From assembly GCA_043228905.1 (NCBI GenBank), contig JBHGNT010000013.1, positions 9,734,001 through 9,798,000 of the forward strand: a stretch of DNA of 64,000 bases, in the 5' to 3' direction. The notes beneath the pieces are model-generated. The model made no database searches and was not told where the DNA came from. It saw only the letters and a list, made by a program, of their open reading frames with translations. The DNA comes from Azolla caroliniana. Taxonomy: Eukaryota > Plantae > Polypodiophyta. This document shows, in pieces, positions 13,274 to 24,805 of this stretch. A program made the position numbers and the translations under genes. Position 1 is the stretch's first letter; each line of letters starts with the position of its first letter.

Positions 13274-16200
13274 TGTCATGATGTTCTGTGTCCAATGGGA
13301 GAAATTGTGAAATAGTGTGGCTCCACACACATTATACACATGATTATAAATATGAAAATTAGCCTAGGGTCTGATGACATTCAAGTGCATATAGAAGGGT
13401 GCAAGCAAGATTTGAACCTTGCACTTCTAAGATAGGAAGCAATTATCTTACCACTAAAGCTACTACTAAGTGCTTTAGATTTTATATATTTCCTTCTCAT
13501 ATTTCGTATTCCATAGGAAACAAACATACAAAACCGTGTACACAAAACCATGGTTTTAGCCTATGGTTTTGTGCAAGGAAAACCGTGTGCCTGAAAACCA
13601 TGGGTTCAAGCCCATGGTTTTGTGCATGTTAGAAGGATAGATAAACCTATAAAAACCCTCGTAAGGCTTGTGTAATGGGGGGGGATCAATCAATGGATGA
13701 ATCAAACAATATATGAATCAATCTATGTATCAAATCGAAAATTAATAATAAGAAAACTTAGTTATCTTATTGGTGACGTGTATCTATCTATCTATCTTAA
13801 AAACTTCCTCAATTTTTGTCTCTCTCTCTCTCTCTCTCTCTCTAACGACATTAGTGCATCACTTCAGCTGCCCATCATCAATCCTCCATAACCACTAGCG
13901 GATAGAGGCTCGGCGCTTGTCTGTGCTTGTGACATGCACATCTCGACGTTTGGCACGTGTGTCATGCGCCACACGACATCTATTTGGTGAACCCGACGTG
14001 AACAACACAAGGTGGTTATGTGGGCATTACGAAGGGATGATGTGATCTTGGCAACGTACGACTTAGAGGAGTCGATAAGATTACAAGGTGGTCCGAGGCT
14101 CGTGATGCTTCCATTGGTAAGGAAGGCCATCGACATGATGTTGCATGATGAAAAGGGTAGAGCGTTGGAGTATCTCAAGTTGGCAAATCAAGTTGAAAGA
14201 CTATATGAAGAAGTTCCGGATTTGTACGAAGCGGTTCTGACATCAAGTTTTGGGCCTCAACCTTTTCATGGTTTGCTCGATGGTGACGACGATGAAGATG
14301 ATCAAGATCAGCATAGTTGCAGTCGTGAAGAGACATGTGATGAAGAACATGGGCTCAAGAGGGAAGTTCGAGAAGGATACAATCATAAAGAGACAAGCAA
14401 TGAAGAACATCAATTCGAGGGGAATGACCAAGATACTCAAGGATGCGGTCATGAAGAGACTTTCAGCGAAGAAAGTGGGCTCGTAAGGAAAGATGAAGAT
14501 ACTCAAGGATGCAATGGTGAAGAGACATCTGACAAAGAACGTGGGCTCGAGGAGACCAATCAAGATCTACATGGTCATGAGAAAGACAAAGATCATTACA
14601 AACTCACAAAGAGTTCTCGAGAGCTACAAGGTTATGATCGTGACAAAGATTACTGTGAACACAAGAGGAGGAATCAAGCTCTTCATGGTTGTGCTAATGA
14701 AAAAGCACTCAACGAAAGTCGTGACGGTGAGAGTAGTTGGGATCAAGACTTTCATGGTTTAAAATCTTATGACAAGTATGATAGGTTTAATGACAACCAC
14801 GAACAAGAGGAGAAGTTAGGAAGGGATAAAAACTTTACATTTAAATGTAATGATGATGATGATTTAGGGCTTGACAATAGTAAGGGAGAGTGTATTATTG
14901 ATGGTAAGAGTGAGTGCCATAAGAAGAATGAGGGTTATGATGGTAAAACGTTATGCACTTTTTGTGGATATGGTTATGACAAGGGTAATGATGAGGGTGA
15001 GAGTGACGAAGAGGAATTGTGTGTTTTAGGTTGCCTTGGTTTTCTTCGGGATAGATTTTATAAGAGTTTCACTAGATCAAATGGTGACATTCATGAGGAC
15101 ATCCATTATGAAAATAGAATAGGGATTTGTGATGATGAGGACATTCTACAAAAATATGTCCATGATGACGTGGGGTTACATAATGATTACAAGGGTATAA
15201 GTATGGAAAATCTAGAAAATATTATTTGGGATGAGTATCATGATGATGTTGATGTTGTGAGTATGTGTGGGAAGGACAGGATTAAAGTTGATAGTATTGA
15301 GGATAATCTACAAAATGTTAGGATGGTTTGGGATGTGTCTAATGATAATGTTGATGTTGTGAGCATGAGGAAAAGCAAGCATAAGATGAGAAAAGACGAT
15401 TCGAGGAAGTTTGAGGACCAAGGAGATGGTCGAGATGAAGGCGGCACATGTACGATACATGACGAGTTACGCTTAGGAGGAGCAAAAGGGGCTACGACAA
15501 GTGGTCATGGAAATGCGAAAGGCGATCGAATGATATGGTTGATTGGGTGGAAGGAATGCATGTACTCAAAATGGAGGACAAAGGACGACACGTAAGGAAG
15601 GAGGAAACCAAAGACAACCCACCTTTTGACTCCGCCACATCACTCTTTTCTTCTTGGCACATGCCGGAGGATGTGCGGTTTGGTGGGGGTGGATGTCGTG
15701 ATGTTCTGTGTCCAATGGGAGAAATTGTGAAATAGTGTGGCTCCACACACATTATACACATGATTATAAATATTAAAATTAGCCTAGGGTTTGATGACAT
15801 TCAAGTGCATATAGAAAGGTGCAAGCAAAATGTGAACCTTGCACTTCTAAGATAGGAAGCAATTATCTTACCACTAAAGCTACTACTAAGTGCTTTAGAT
15901 TTTATATATTTCCTTCTCATATTTAGTATTCCATAGGAAACAAACATACAAAACCATGGTTTTAGCCTATAGTTTTGTGCATGCCACAAGGAAAACCGTG
16001 TGCCCGAAAACCATGCGTTCAAGCCCATGGTTTTGTGCATGTTAGAAGGATAGATAAACCTATAAAAACCCTCGTAAGGCTTGTGTAATGGGGGGGATCA
16101 ATCAATGGATGAATCAAACAATCTATGAATCAATCTATGTATCAAATCAAAAATTAATAATAAGAAAACTTAGTTATCTTATTGGTGATGTGTATCTATC

Positions 16201-16398
16201 TATCGATCGATCTATCTTAAAAACTTCCTCAATTTTTGTCTCTCTCTCTCTCTCTCTCACTCTAACGACATTAGTGCATCACTTCAACCACCCATCATCA
16301 ATCCTTCATAACCACTAGCAGATAGAGGCTCGGCACTTGTCCGCGCTTGTGACGCGCACATCCCGACGTTTGGCACGTGTGTCACGCACCATGCGACA
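13274..16398 (+). mobile_element. Element D: 3.1-kb non-autonomous Trp-primed LTR element with a single ORF
   Basis: 705-bp LTRs at 13274-13978 and 15694-16398. PBS TGGTGAACCCGACGTGA at 13985-14001. PPT region ggtttggtgggggtgga precedes 15694. Flanks are ccaa and ccac, where the intact LTR of C reads ccgc. Confidence 0.9.
14012..15595 (+). CDS. 527-aa acidic, His/Cys-rich protein of element D with ~20-aa internal repeats; function unknown
   Basis: Uninterrupted ORF (GTG 14012, first ATG 14018) filling the interval between PBS and PPT. Repeats such as QGCGHEETFSEESGL and QGCNGEETSDKERGL. The C-terminal DQGDGRDEGGTC...GHGNAK segment is shared with element F (ORF 47976-48281). Confidence 0.65.
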   Translation: MVMWALRRDDVILATYDLEESIRLQGGPRLVMLPLVRKAIDMMLHDEKGRALEYLKLANQVERLYEEVPDLYEAVLTSSFGPQPFHGLLDGDDDEDDQDQHSCSREETCDEEHGLKREVREGYNHKETSNEEHQFEGNDQDTQGCGHEETFSEESGLVRKDEDTQGCNGEETSDKERGLEETNQDLHGHEKDKDHYKLTKSSRELQGYDRDKDYCEHKRRNQALHGCANEKALNESRDGESSWDQDFHGLKSYDKYDRFNDNHEQEEKLGRDKNFTFKCNDDDDLGLDNSKGECIIDGKSECHKKNEGYDGKTLCTFCGYGYDKGNDEGESDEEELCVLGCLGFLRDRFYKSFTRSNGDIHEDIHYENRIGICDDEDILQKYVHDDVGLHNDYKGISMENLENIIWDEYHDDVDVVSMCGKDRIKVDSIEDNLQNVRMVWDVSNDNVDVVSMRKSKHKMRKDDSRKFEDQGDGRDEGGTCTIHDELRLGGAKGATTSGHGNAKGDRMIWLIGWKECMYSKWRTKDDT

Positions 16399-16547
16399 CC
16401 ACGAGTACGTGTCAAAAGGGGCGGGACCACGGGGGTCTCGGACGAGGAAGAGAGGGATGTTGGGAAGCCGACTCTCTCTCTGGTCCCGGCTGCACCGGTT
16501 GTGGCGCAAACTAGAGCGATTCCGGACACGTACCAGAGGCTGCCGAA

Positions 16548-16550
<3 letters not shown>

Positions 16551-16619
<69 letters not shown>
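16551..16619. repeat. (GA)n microsatellite within the LTR of element C
   Basis: Long GA run. A shorter run plus a local duplication sits in the other LTR at 26400-26550. Confidence 0.95.
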
Positions 16620-16620
<1 letters not shown>

Positions 16621-18947
16621 ACGCGCAACACCGACTCAACACACGCCTCTTATGTACAGGAAACAAAAGGAAAGAAACAATCCGACACCAATAGAGACAC
16701 GAATATGCACAACCTTATATATATATAATCACAGGAGCAAGATACAACTCCGGCTCTGAGCCAGACTAAGGTAGGTTAGGTTACAACATCAATTTGTTGC
16801 CAAGCCACCGATCAGGGAGCTCTCGGGCTCATCGCGCCGAGCGGGGTCTTGCACGGGAGACTGAGAAGTAGCAAACCCCACAGGACATACAAGGTCTTCA
16901 CTAGACTAAACCCTAAACAGACACGAAGAAGAAGACCTCAAAGAAACTCTAAGTAAGAAAAAGAAGAACTAACACACCTTCTACCTAAGTGGTATACCCT
17001 CCTAACTCAAAATGGGCAACCCCTCTATAAGGGACCCTCCCTTCCTTTTATAGCATAAGGAGGGAGGTGCCTAACAATGTGGGATAAATCCCGTATTACA
17101 TCGGATTCTCTGTCCCAACTTAACTCCTATTCGGCACCATAAAGTCGCCCCTATTATTTGCATGTATACACAAGGGTGGGTGCCCACGCCGCACCCCGTC
17201 GATGTTCCCATTATTCCCGGTTTTCTCGCTAAGGTCGGGAATCTTCACAACATCCGCCCCCACCAAACTACACGTCCATCGGTACGTACCAAATCCGATG
17301 AAGGGTGAGAGATTCCGGCCGTAGCGAGCAACCGGTCCTTCGTAATCCACATCCCAGCTGTCGTGTTGGCCTCCGCGTGCGGGGAACACCTCCTGTCGGC
17401 CCGCTTGGCCCCTTCTATTCCGCACTGCTGCAATTGGTTTGACGCCATACACTTGTCGTCGCCCCTTCGCCCCCCCCACCAGCTTGTTACCTCGGGCTTG
17501 GCCTGCCACGCGAGTCGTTGCCCCTTTGACTGAGCCGTTGAGATCTCCGAAGCGGGTGTGGAGGATCCTCCTTCGCTCACTGATATCGTTTCCGGTTAAT
17601 GACCCGTGCAGCCTATCCCGCGCCCGGTTCCCGACCCGACACCATTGTGTGCCAACTTCCATCTTCCTTGCTCGGCACCGCTTGTGCCGAACACTGTCCC
17701 GTACCCATGCTTTACTTTTGCCCTCAATGGCCACACACACGTCTTCTGATCCGCTTTCGGGTGTGCCCTTTTCAGCTCGACACACCTCTCCCCACTTGGG
17801 TGTCCTTGGTAGCTTTTTGTGCTGCTACCCATGAAGGATCACCCTTGCCGATTTTGGCCCACCTAGCCTTCGTTGTTCTCGCAACGCCTTGGTTGCTCGG
17901 TGCCTCTATTGCTACGGCCTTCGTCCCCTCGCTGCCACCGTCAATATCTTGGTCTTACGTCGGCTCCCGGTGCCGACCGCCGAAGTCTCTAGATCCAGTG
18001 TGGAGGATCCTTCTCGGGCCTCCAATCTGTTAGGCAACCGACTCGTGTACAAAGCGTGTCCCATCTTCGTCCTTCTGACCCTGCCGACTGGGTCTGTATC
18101 CGGTTCATGGCCGCATCGCCGGCCTGATACCTCCTTCCGCTCCTTTTCAGCCCTTCTGCTAGATCCCGTTGTCACGCTGTTACGCGCGTGCGTGCAGAAA
18201 GAGGTGGGACCACAGGGGCCTTGAACCGAGGAGCGAGAGAGTGAGAAGAGAAGAGAAGAGAAGAGAGAGAGAAGAGAAGATAAGATAAGATAAGATAAGA
18301 GAAGTCCTGCAGATACGCAACAGGGAGAAGGAAAGAGAAACAAACGACACGCTTAATTACAATAACAGTAGATTACAATATTCAGAGAAGGCGGCGATGG
18401 ACCCGACACGGGGACCCTACTCACGCACACGGACAGAACACACTCGACTCAAAGAAACAAAAGGGGGAGAGCCTCTGCTGGAAGCACATGGGCTGTCCAC
18501 GAAGCAGAGGCAGCGAACTCCCGACACCCACAGAGACCGACGATCGGAGGAGAAGAGAGAGCTCGTCACCCAGTTCTGCAGCAGCACTTCGTCCTCGCCA
18601 ACGTGCGATACCTCTATCTCCCTTCTCTCCCTCAAATAGTTCGCAACCAGGGGGGGTGCGCCCTTTCTCCCTAGTAAAATCGCTTTATTCTCTGTCCTTT
18701 TTGACAGAGATACGCACAATCCCCCAATAAATGAATACTAATTGGTATTTACATCAGCCGATCCATATATGAATCATGTACAAAATATCAAAATGTCAAT
18801 TCACGCATCCATCCGTGTAAGAGCCGGTCCATGCGCCCTTTTCTCCGGTTCCGCCTATGGCCGGTTTTCTTCACGACATCCACCCCCACCAAACCGCGCA
18901 TCCACCGGCATGCGCCAGAGACGGGTAGATACCGAAGCAAACCAGCT

Positions 18948-21900
18948 TCACTCGTCGCTCTCTGATTCTCCGCCGGGTCCGAACCGATTGTCGTTGTCGC
19001 TCCCGCTCGCAGGCTCTGGCTCGTCTTCGAACCACTTCTTGAACGCTTTGATCCGCTTCCCGGAAACCGGCACTGCTAGCCGTGTCCCGTCGAGTTCCGC
19101 GAGGTGGTACGTGCCGTTGCCATTCGCACTCATCACCGTGTAGGGCCCGAACCACCTCATAGCAAACTTCTGCACCGCCTTGTGCTGATTGTCGAGGCTG
19201 CTGTCGTACACCAAGACCTAGTCGCCTTCCTCGATCTTCTTCGGTCGCAACCGGTGTGTCCGGTTGAACCGGGTCTTGTTCCGCTCCCTTGCGGCCCGCA
19301 ACTTTTCCTTCGCCCTTTTCACGTCCTCCGGCCTCCGCTTGAGTTGCCGAATCCGCGCCGCTAGCAACTCCTCCCGGCTCATCTCGTCCTTCCAATCCAC
19401 CACTGCCCATGAAGAAATCGTTCGTTCCACCGGCATGATCGGCTTCTATCCGTACATCAACTCTGTCGGCATAAACCCTGTCACCGAGCTGTGCGTAGTT
19501 CGGTCCGCCCATAGTGCGTAAGGAAGGAGCCGCGGCCAATTCCCGACCTGCCCTCCGCATGCACGCACCAACACCTTTACAATCGGCCCGTGCCCACGTT
19601 CTACCTTCCCGTTCGCCTCCGGATTGTACGCCGTAGTGAGGGAGAGTTTTACCCCTAGCCGGTCGAACAGCTCCTCAGCTTCCTGCGCATCCAGTTCTCC
19701 CCGGTCCGCCACGATCCTCCCGACGCATCCGTACCGACACACTACCTCTTCGATCAGGAACCGACATACCTCAGTGGTTGTCTTGTTCTACAGTGCACGG
19801 CCTTCCACCTGGTTCGTTAAGTCTTCTCGCGCAAGCACCAGTATCACATCTATCCTACTCCCATCGGCATCGTCACCAAGTCCACCATCCACTTGAAATG
19901 GACCGCAGGCGGGTAAGTCGGGTGTAGCTCATCCCGATGTAAGACTACAGAGTGTATCTGATAGCTCTCGCAAGTCGTTACGTACCGATGCACGTCCTGG
20001 TACATCCCCGGCCACCAGTACTTCTCCTTCAGCTTTTCGAACGTGGCCCATGTTCAGCGGTGCCCGGCCCAGGGACTCTCGTGAAATGCCGCCAGTAGTT
20101 CCTCCTGTTCTTCTTTCTTTGCCACTACTCGGAGCGGGATGCCGTTTCTCTTCTTCAGGTGCCTCCATATGCACTCGTCCCGCAGGAAGAGTGTATCTGA
20201 CAGCTCTCGCAAGTCGTTACGTACCGATGCACGTCCTGGTACAGCCTCGGCCACCAGTACTTCTCCTTCAACTTTTCGAACGTGGCCCATGTTCCGCGGT
20301 GCCCGGCCTAGGGACTCTCGTGAAATGCCGCCAGTAGTTCCTCCTGTTCTTCTTTCTTTGCCACTACTCGGAGCGGGATGCCGTTTCTCTTCTTTAGGTG
20401 CCTCCATATGCACTCGTCCCGCAGGAAGAATCGGTATGCCTTCTTCCGTACCCGGCTCGCCTCTTCTCTCGTCCATGCTCCGTCCGGCGTCATCATCCGT
20501 AGGAACCTCTCGATTTGGAGCCACTCCCCGTCGTACCTGCTTTCGTCAAATTCGTTAAGCGCCGGAGTGTCCCTTTCCCTCGTCGCTACGTTAGCCGACC
20601 TGAAGAAGTTCTCGCAGACTTGTTCGTCATCCGAAACCATGCCGTCTTCGTCGTTGAAAACCTCGCTCTCGAAAGCATGTCGGCCATGGCGTTATCCTTT
20701 CCGGAGATGTGTTGTACCTCTCGGTTTAGGGACTTAATGTACGCTATCCACCGGAGCATTGCTAGGTCCGGCATCGCGCATCCGGAAACCATGTCGAGTA
20801 TCGGTAGGCAATCCGTCTCGATGATCACCTCCGTCCCGATTAGATAGTCCTTGTCGGCCTTGACTGCCGAAACGATACCCCAAAGCTCGCGCTTAACTTG
20901 GGCGTATCCTCGTTGCCGCTCGCTCAATACCTTCGCCCCGAACCGGATCGGGAATCGAACGCCGCCCTTGTCCTCCTGACTGATTACCCACCCGATCCCG
21001 GTCGGGCTCGTATCCACCGTCACGCAAATGGGGACATCCTTGCCGTAAACTGCTTTACGGAGAGCCGGTGCTACCGTAAGCGCCTCCTTTAGTCTCTGTA
21101 CCGACTCTGTGTGCTCCGTCCTCCACTCAAAGCTACGCCCCTTTTTCAATAGTCCGTAGAGGGGTTCCGCGACATGTGCGTAGTGCAGGATCTAGATGTG
21201 GTAGAACGCGCACGCCCCTAAGAATCTGCGGACCTCCGTGACCGACCCGCAATCGTTCCTCATCGCGGAGATGGCCTCTACCTTTGCCGGAGACGGTTTC
21301 CTACCGTAAGGCCCGCACAGGTGTCCGACCACCAAGATCTCCGACTGCCCGAATGCCGATTTTTCTCCGGAGAAGGTCAGTCGTGCACCCTCGAGCTTTC
21401 GCAGCACCTTCTCGCAGTCGTTGATGTGGGTCACGACGAACCTCCGGCATCCGTCTGGCCCGACAGTCTCATCCGCATCTTCCACCGGACACCCCTTTAT
21501 CGGGATATCGTCCAAGAATGGCATGGTGATGTCCGGGATGCAGTCCCTTAGCACCTTGTTCATTGCGTTCACCATATGCGCCACCGAATTCGTCCCGCCT
21601 TGTGGTAGGGTACACATCCGTACTAGGCCGAGGGGGGTTCGCATCGTCGTGATATCCCTGCTCTCCACGGCTAGCTGGAACTGGTCGTACCCTGAGTATA
21701 AGTCACCGACCGAATAGATCGACCTTCCAGCGAAGGCCTCCGCGAACTCGTCTATGGTTGGTCTGATTCCTGCATTACGGATGGTCACCTTGTTGACCGG
21801 TTGCAGGTCCTGAATGAAGCGCAGCGTGCCGTTCTTCTTCGGCACCATAAACCACCGATTCGAATACGGGGCGCTCGACGGTTCGAGGATGCCCATCTCC

Positions 21901-24765
21901 ACATTTTGCTTTAGAAGCTCCATCAACTTCGGGATGTGAGCTCTCCGCACCAGAATCGGTTTGAGATTCCACGGTACATGCGGTACCGTGAAGATCACCA
22001 TCGGTTCGACGATCGTCGGGTCCACGCACCTGATTTCCTCTGGCGAGAACACGAAGGCTTTCCCATGCCCTCCGAGCATTCTCTGAAACCTGTCCTCCTC
22101 CACCGGCAGTAGGAAGCCACCCCCACCAACCTTGAGCTAATGTAGCGTTATGTTGGTGAACCGATGCCCTATGCCAGCCGGATTCCGTAAACTTGGGTCC
22201 GACGCGACCCCTTTTATCCGCTCCTCGCTGCCCTCCGGCAAGGGTGTCGCGATTGGCCTCACCTTATGGTCCATAGTCTTGTACTTTGTATCCATGCGGG
22301 CCGTCCGATCCGACCCGATCCTTTCCCCGAAGTCCGCGATGACTTCGTACATTCCCATTGAACTAAACAGAATGGTCCGGTTTTCTCTAAGGTCTTCACC
22401 GATCACCTTTCGCAATTCGCCCAAGGTGTCGTCAAAAGAGACCGCCTCTACGGCACCACTGATGTCTTCGTCAGGGGAGAGGACACTGCATCCCCTGAGC
22501 CGCTCCTCCGCTTGCTTCCTCTCCCGGTCGCTGACGCCGGTTATAGTATAACCTCCGTTTTCGGAGAACCAAAACTTTCTACCTACTGTACATGTGTGGG
22601 GTTCTTTCCGTACGTCCGGACTACCGCGGCCCCACGCCTTGATAACCCTCTCTAAAAATCCCCTCTGCCACCGCCGAGGGTCTCGCGATTCCTCTCATGG
22701 TTCGGACGTACGGTCATGAATTGGACGGAATGTCGACCATCCTGGCTGTTGACGCGCGCATACGCCAAACCGTTGTCCAGCATTTTCGTCTCCATGCGTG
22801 CTGCTGTAATGTATGGTTCGCCAAGAATCACCGGGTGCGAGGATGTTTCCTGCACGAAGAAATGTTGATCTATCTCGACGTCACCGACCTTTATGCGTAT
22901 ATTCGGGCACGCACCATGCAGCTCCTCCGTAGCATGCATCGTCGCGCATATTTTCCACCCGTGCTTAGTGTTGATCGGCCATTTACCCTTCTTGTAGAAA
23001 TCCATGGACATCAGGTTGATTTCGGATCCATGGTCTACCAAAGCCACCACCAGTTCCGGAACGTCGCCGATCCGCACAGGGGTTTCCGTAGTTGCCCTGG
23101 CCCAATGCGGCTTCGTGTAGTGGCTTTCCGCCAACTCGTCTTCTAGGGCCGCGTCTTCTAAGTGCGTAGTCCGCACCTCCACCGGCTTCTCTAGTTCTGG
23201 CTCCGTGGAGAGCCTCTTCCACTTCACCAAGTCTACGATGGAGTCGTGGAACTCCCTCTTGGCGATTCCCAGCACCTCCCGCAACGACAGCTCCACTTTA
23301 CTGTCGAGGATCCGCTCTTCAAGGACCTTCCGTAGGTCCGTTGCTCTCTCGATTTCGGTGCTCAACCGAAACCCCACCTGCTTCTTTCCGTCCGGCGCGC
23401 CTGGGTTGCCGGCACTGGTCGGTTTCGGTCTGAACCGGGTCTCATACCTCTGCGGGGAACCCACCCCGCCGGCCTTTCCTATCCGTTTGTCTTCCACCAG
23501 AACCTCGTAGTTCTGGCAAGCGGCTTATACGAAGCCCGTTTTCTCTTCGACCGGATCGTCCCATCCGGTGACCTCCTGGACCCGCTTTTCCGCGCGGTCC
23601 ACCTCTTCCTTCTTCAGCCGAACTCCGGAGAAGCCTTCTAGCACTAGCGGCCAGAATCCGGAGTCCTTCACCTTCCGGGACTCGTCACCCCCGACCCGAA
23701 TTCCCGCCGATACTGAGTAGTTAATGGCTTCAATGTGCCGTGCCGCGGCCTCTTCCATCAACCTCTTCATTCCGTCGCGCCCCGTATTTAGGTCTAGGGC
23801 TCTTCGGGTCTCACTCGCGTGCACCCGCCCGTTCTAGAGGTACACCACGTTGATCCAGAGTGCGTCGGCGAAATCTGCGCAATCCTTCCGAATGTGACCA
23901 ATCGCGTCATACCACATGCACTGTTGCCCAGCTGGCGGCCTCCGGTCGCGAGGTTGTTCACCGCTGTCTCTCCGGGCCTGTGCGATCTACAGGTCGCGCA
24001 CCATTTGTGTCAGCTCCTCCAGAGCCGCTCCTCCGGATGGGCCTCTAACTACTCCATTCGATGCAGACCCCGACTCCAGCCAAATTCGGGTCTCTTCTTT
24101 CCTACCGGCTGGCACTGATACCGGCTCCTCGATCCTCCCCGTCGGGACCGGCCCTGACTCCAATCACGTCGTTTGTCAAAACGGCTGCAGACCCGTTTTA
24201 CCACGACCCAGTCTGCCGTGAACCCTTCGTCCGTTTCCAATAGGGGACCCACCTTTTCCCAGTCGAGCGCGTCCACCGACTTGACAAACAACAGTACTCG
24301 ACTCGTTTCGAGCATCGTCCGGTCCAACATCAACAACCGCGCGAACCTTTTTTCGAACTCCTGGAGGAGCACCGACGTGTTCCTCCCTTTTCCGGGGCTT
24401 TCCACCCACGCCATGAAGTCCCGCCTCGACAGCCGAAGCGAGTCGTCAAACCCGTACTTCTCGAGGAGCTGCAACTCGAACTCCTCCCAAGTCCGGCATC
24501 CGGCCAACACCTCGAGCACCTCCGCATGGATGTTCAGCGTCACCACCCGAGGGAATCCGGACAGCCGCTTGTCCACCGGGATATCCCTCATGATCATTTC
24601 GGCCCGGTAAGCCTCCAAATAACTTGTGGCGTCTTTCCCTCTGAACCGGCCTATAGTGCCGACGATCGATTCAATGGCTCTGTCGAGGGTACCCGTCCCC
24701 TCACGAGCGCTTACCAGCCGGTTGACAACTACCACCATTGCCTCTACTAGCTTTGATCCCCTCAT
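18948..24765 (-). pseudogene. gag-pro-pol polyprotein of element E, with stops and frameshifts
   Basis: Capsid (ORF 24049-24792). Degenerate zinc knuckle CMWYDAIGHIRKDC at ~23880-23920. Protease LVDHGSEINLM. RT YSVGDLYSGYDQF and PFLDDIPIKG. RNaseH VTVDTSPTGIG...ELWGIV...IETDC. Integrase HESPWAGH, IVADRGE, AYNPEANGKVERGH and WFGPY. Confidence 0.92.
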
Positions 24766-24788
24766 TTTTCGACTCCTTTGCCGCCCTT

Positions 24789-24805
24789 TCACGTCGGGTT
24801 CACCA
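24789..24805 (-). promoter_or_regulatory. Primer-binding site, tRNA-Trp (also at 13985-14001 +, 26215-26231 -, 35594-35610 -, 49956-49972 -)
   Basis: TGGTGAACCCGACGTGA is complementary to the 3' 17 nt of plant cytosolic tRNA-Trp(CCA), as recalled (...TTCACGTCGGGTTCA-CCA). It lies 4-6 nt from the LTR end. Confidence 0.85.

Noticed and set aside
13399-13467. Functional tRNA gene (also 46222-46295)
   Set aside because: A/B boxes and a T-arm are present, but no convincing acceptor stem or anticodon arm. Kept only as tRNA-like.
16284-16759. ORFs with poly-(RE) or poly-(LS) tracts, also near 26200-26700 and 60000-61700
   Set aside because: They are translations of (GA)n, (CT)n and (CA)n microsatellites.
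24049-24160. Programmed frameshift within the gag of E
   Set aside because: No slippery heptamer is evident and the downstream frame has premature stops, so it is more simply a mutational indel.
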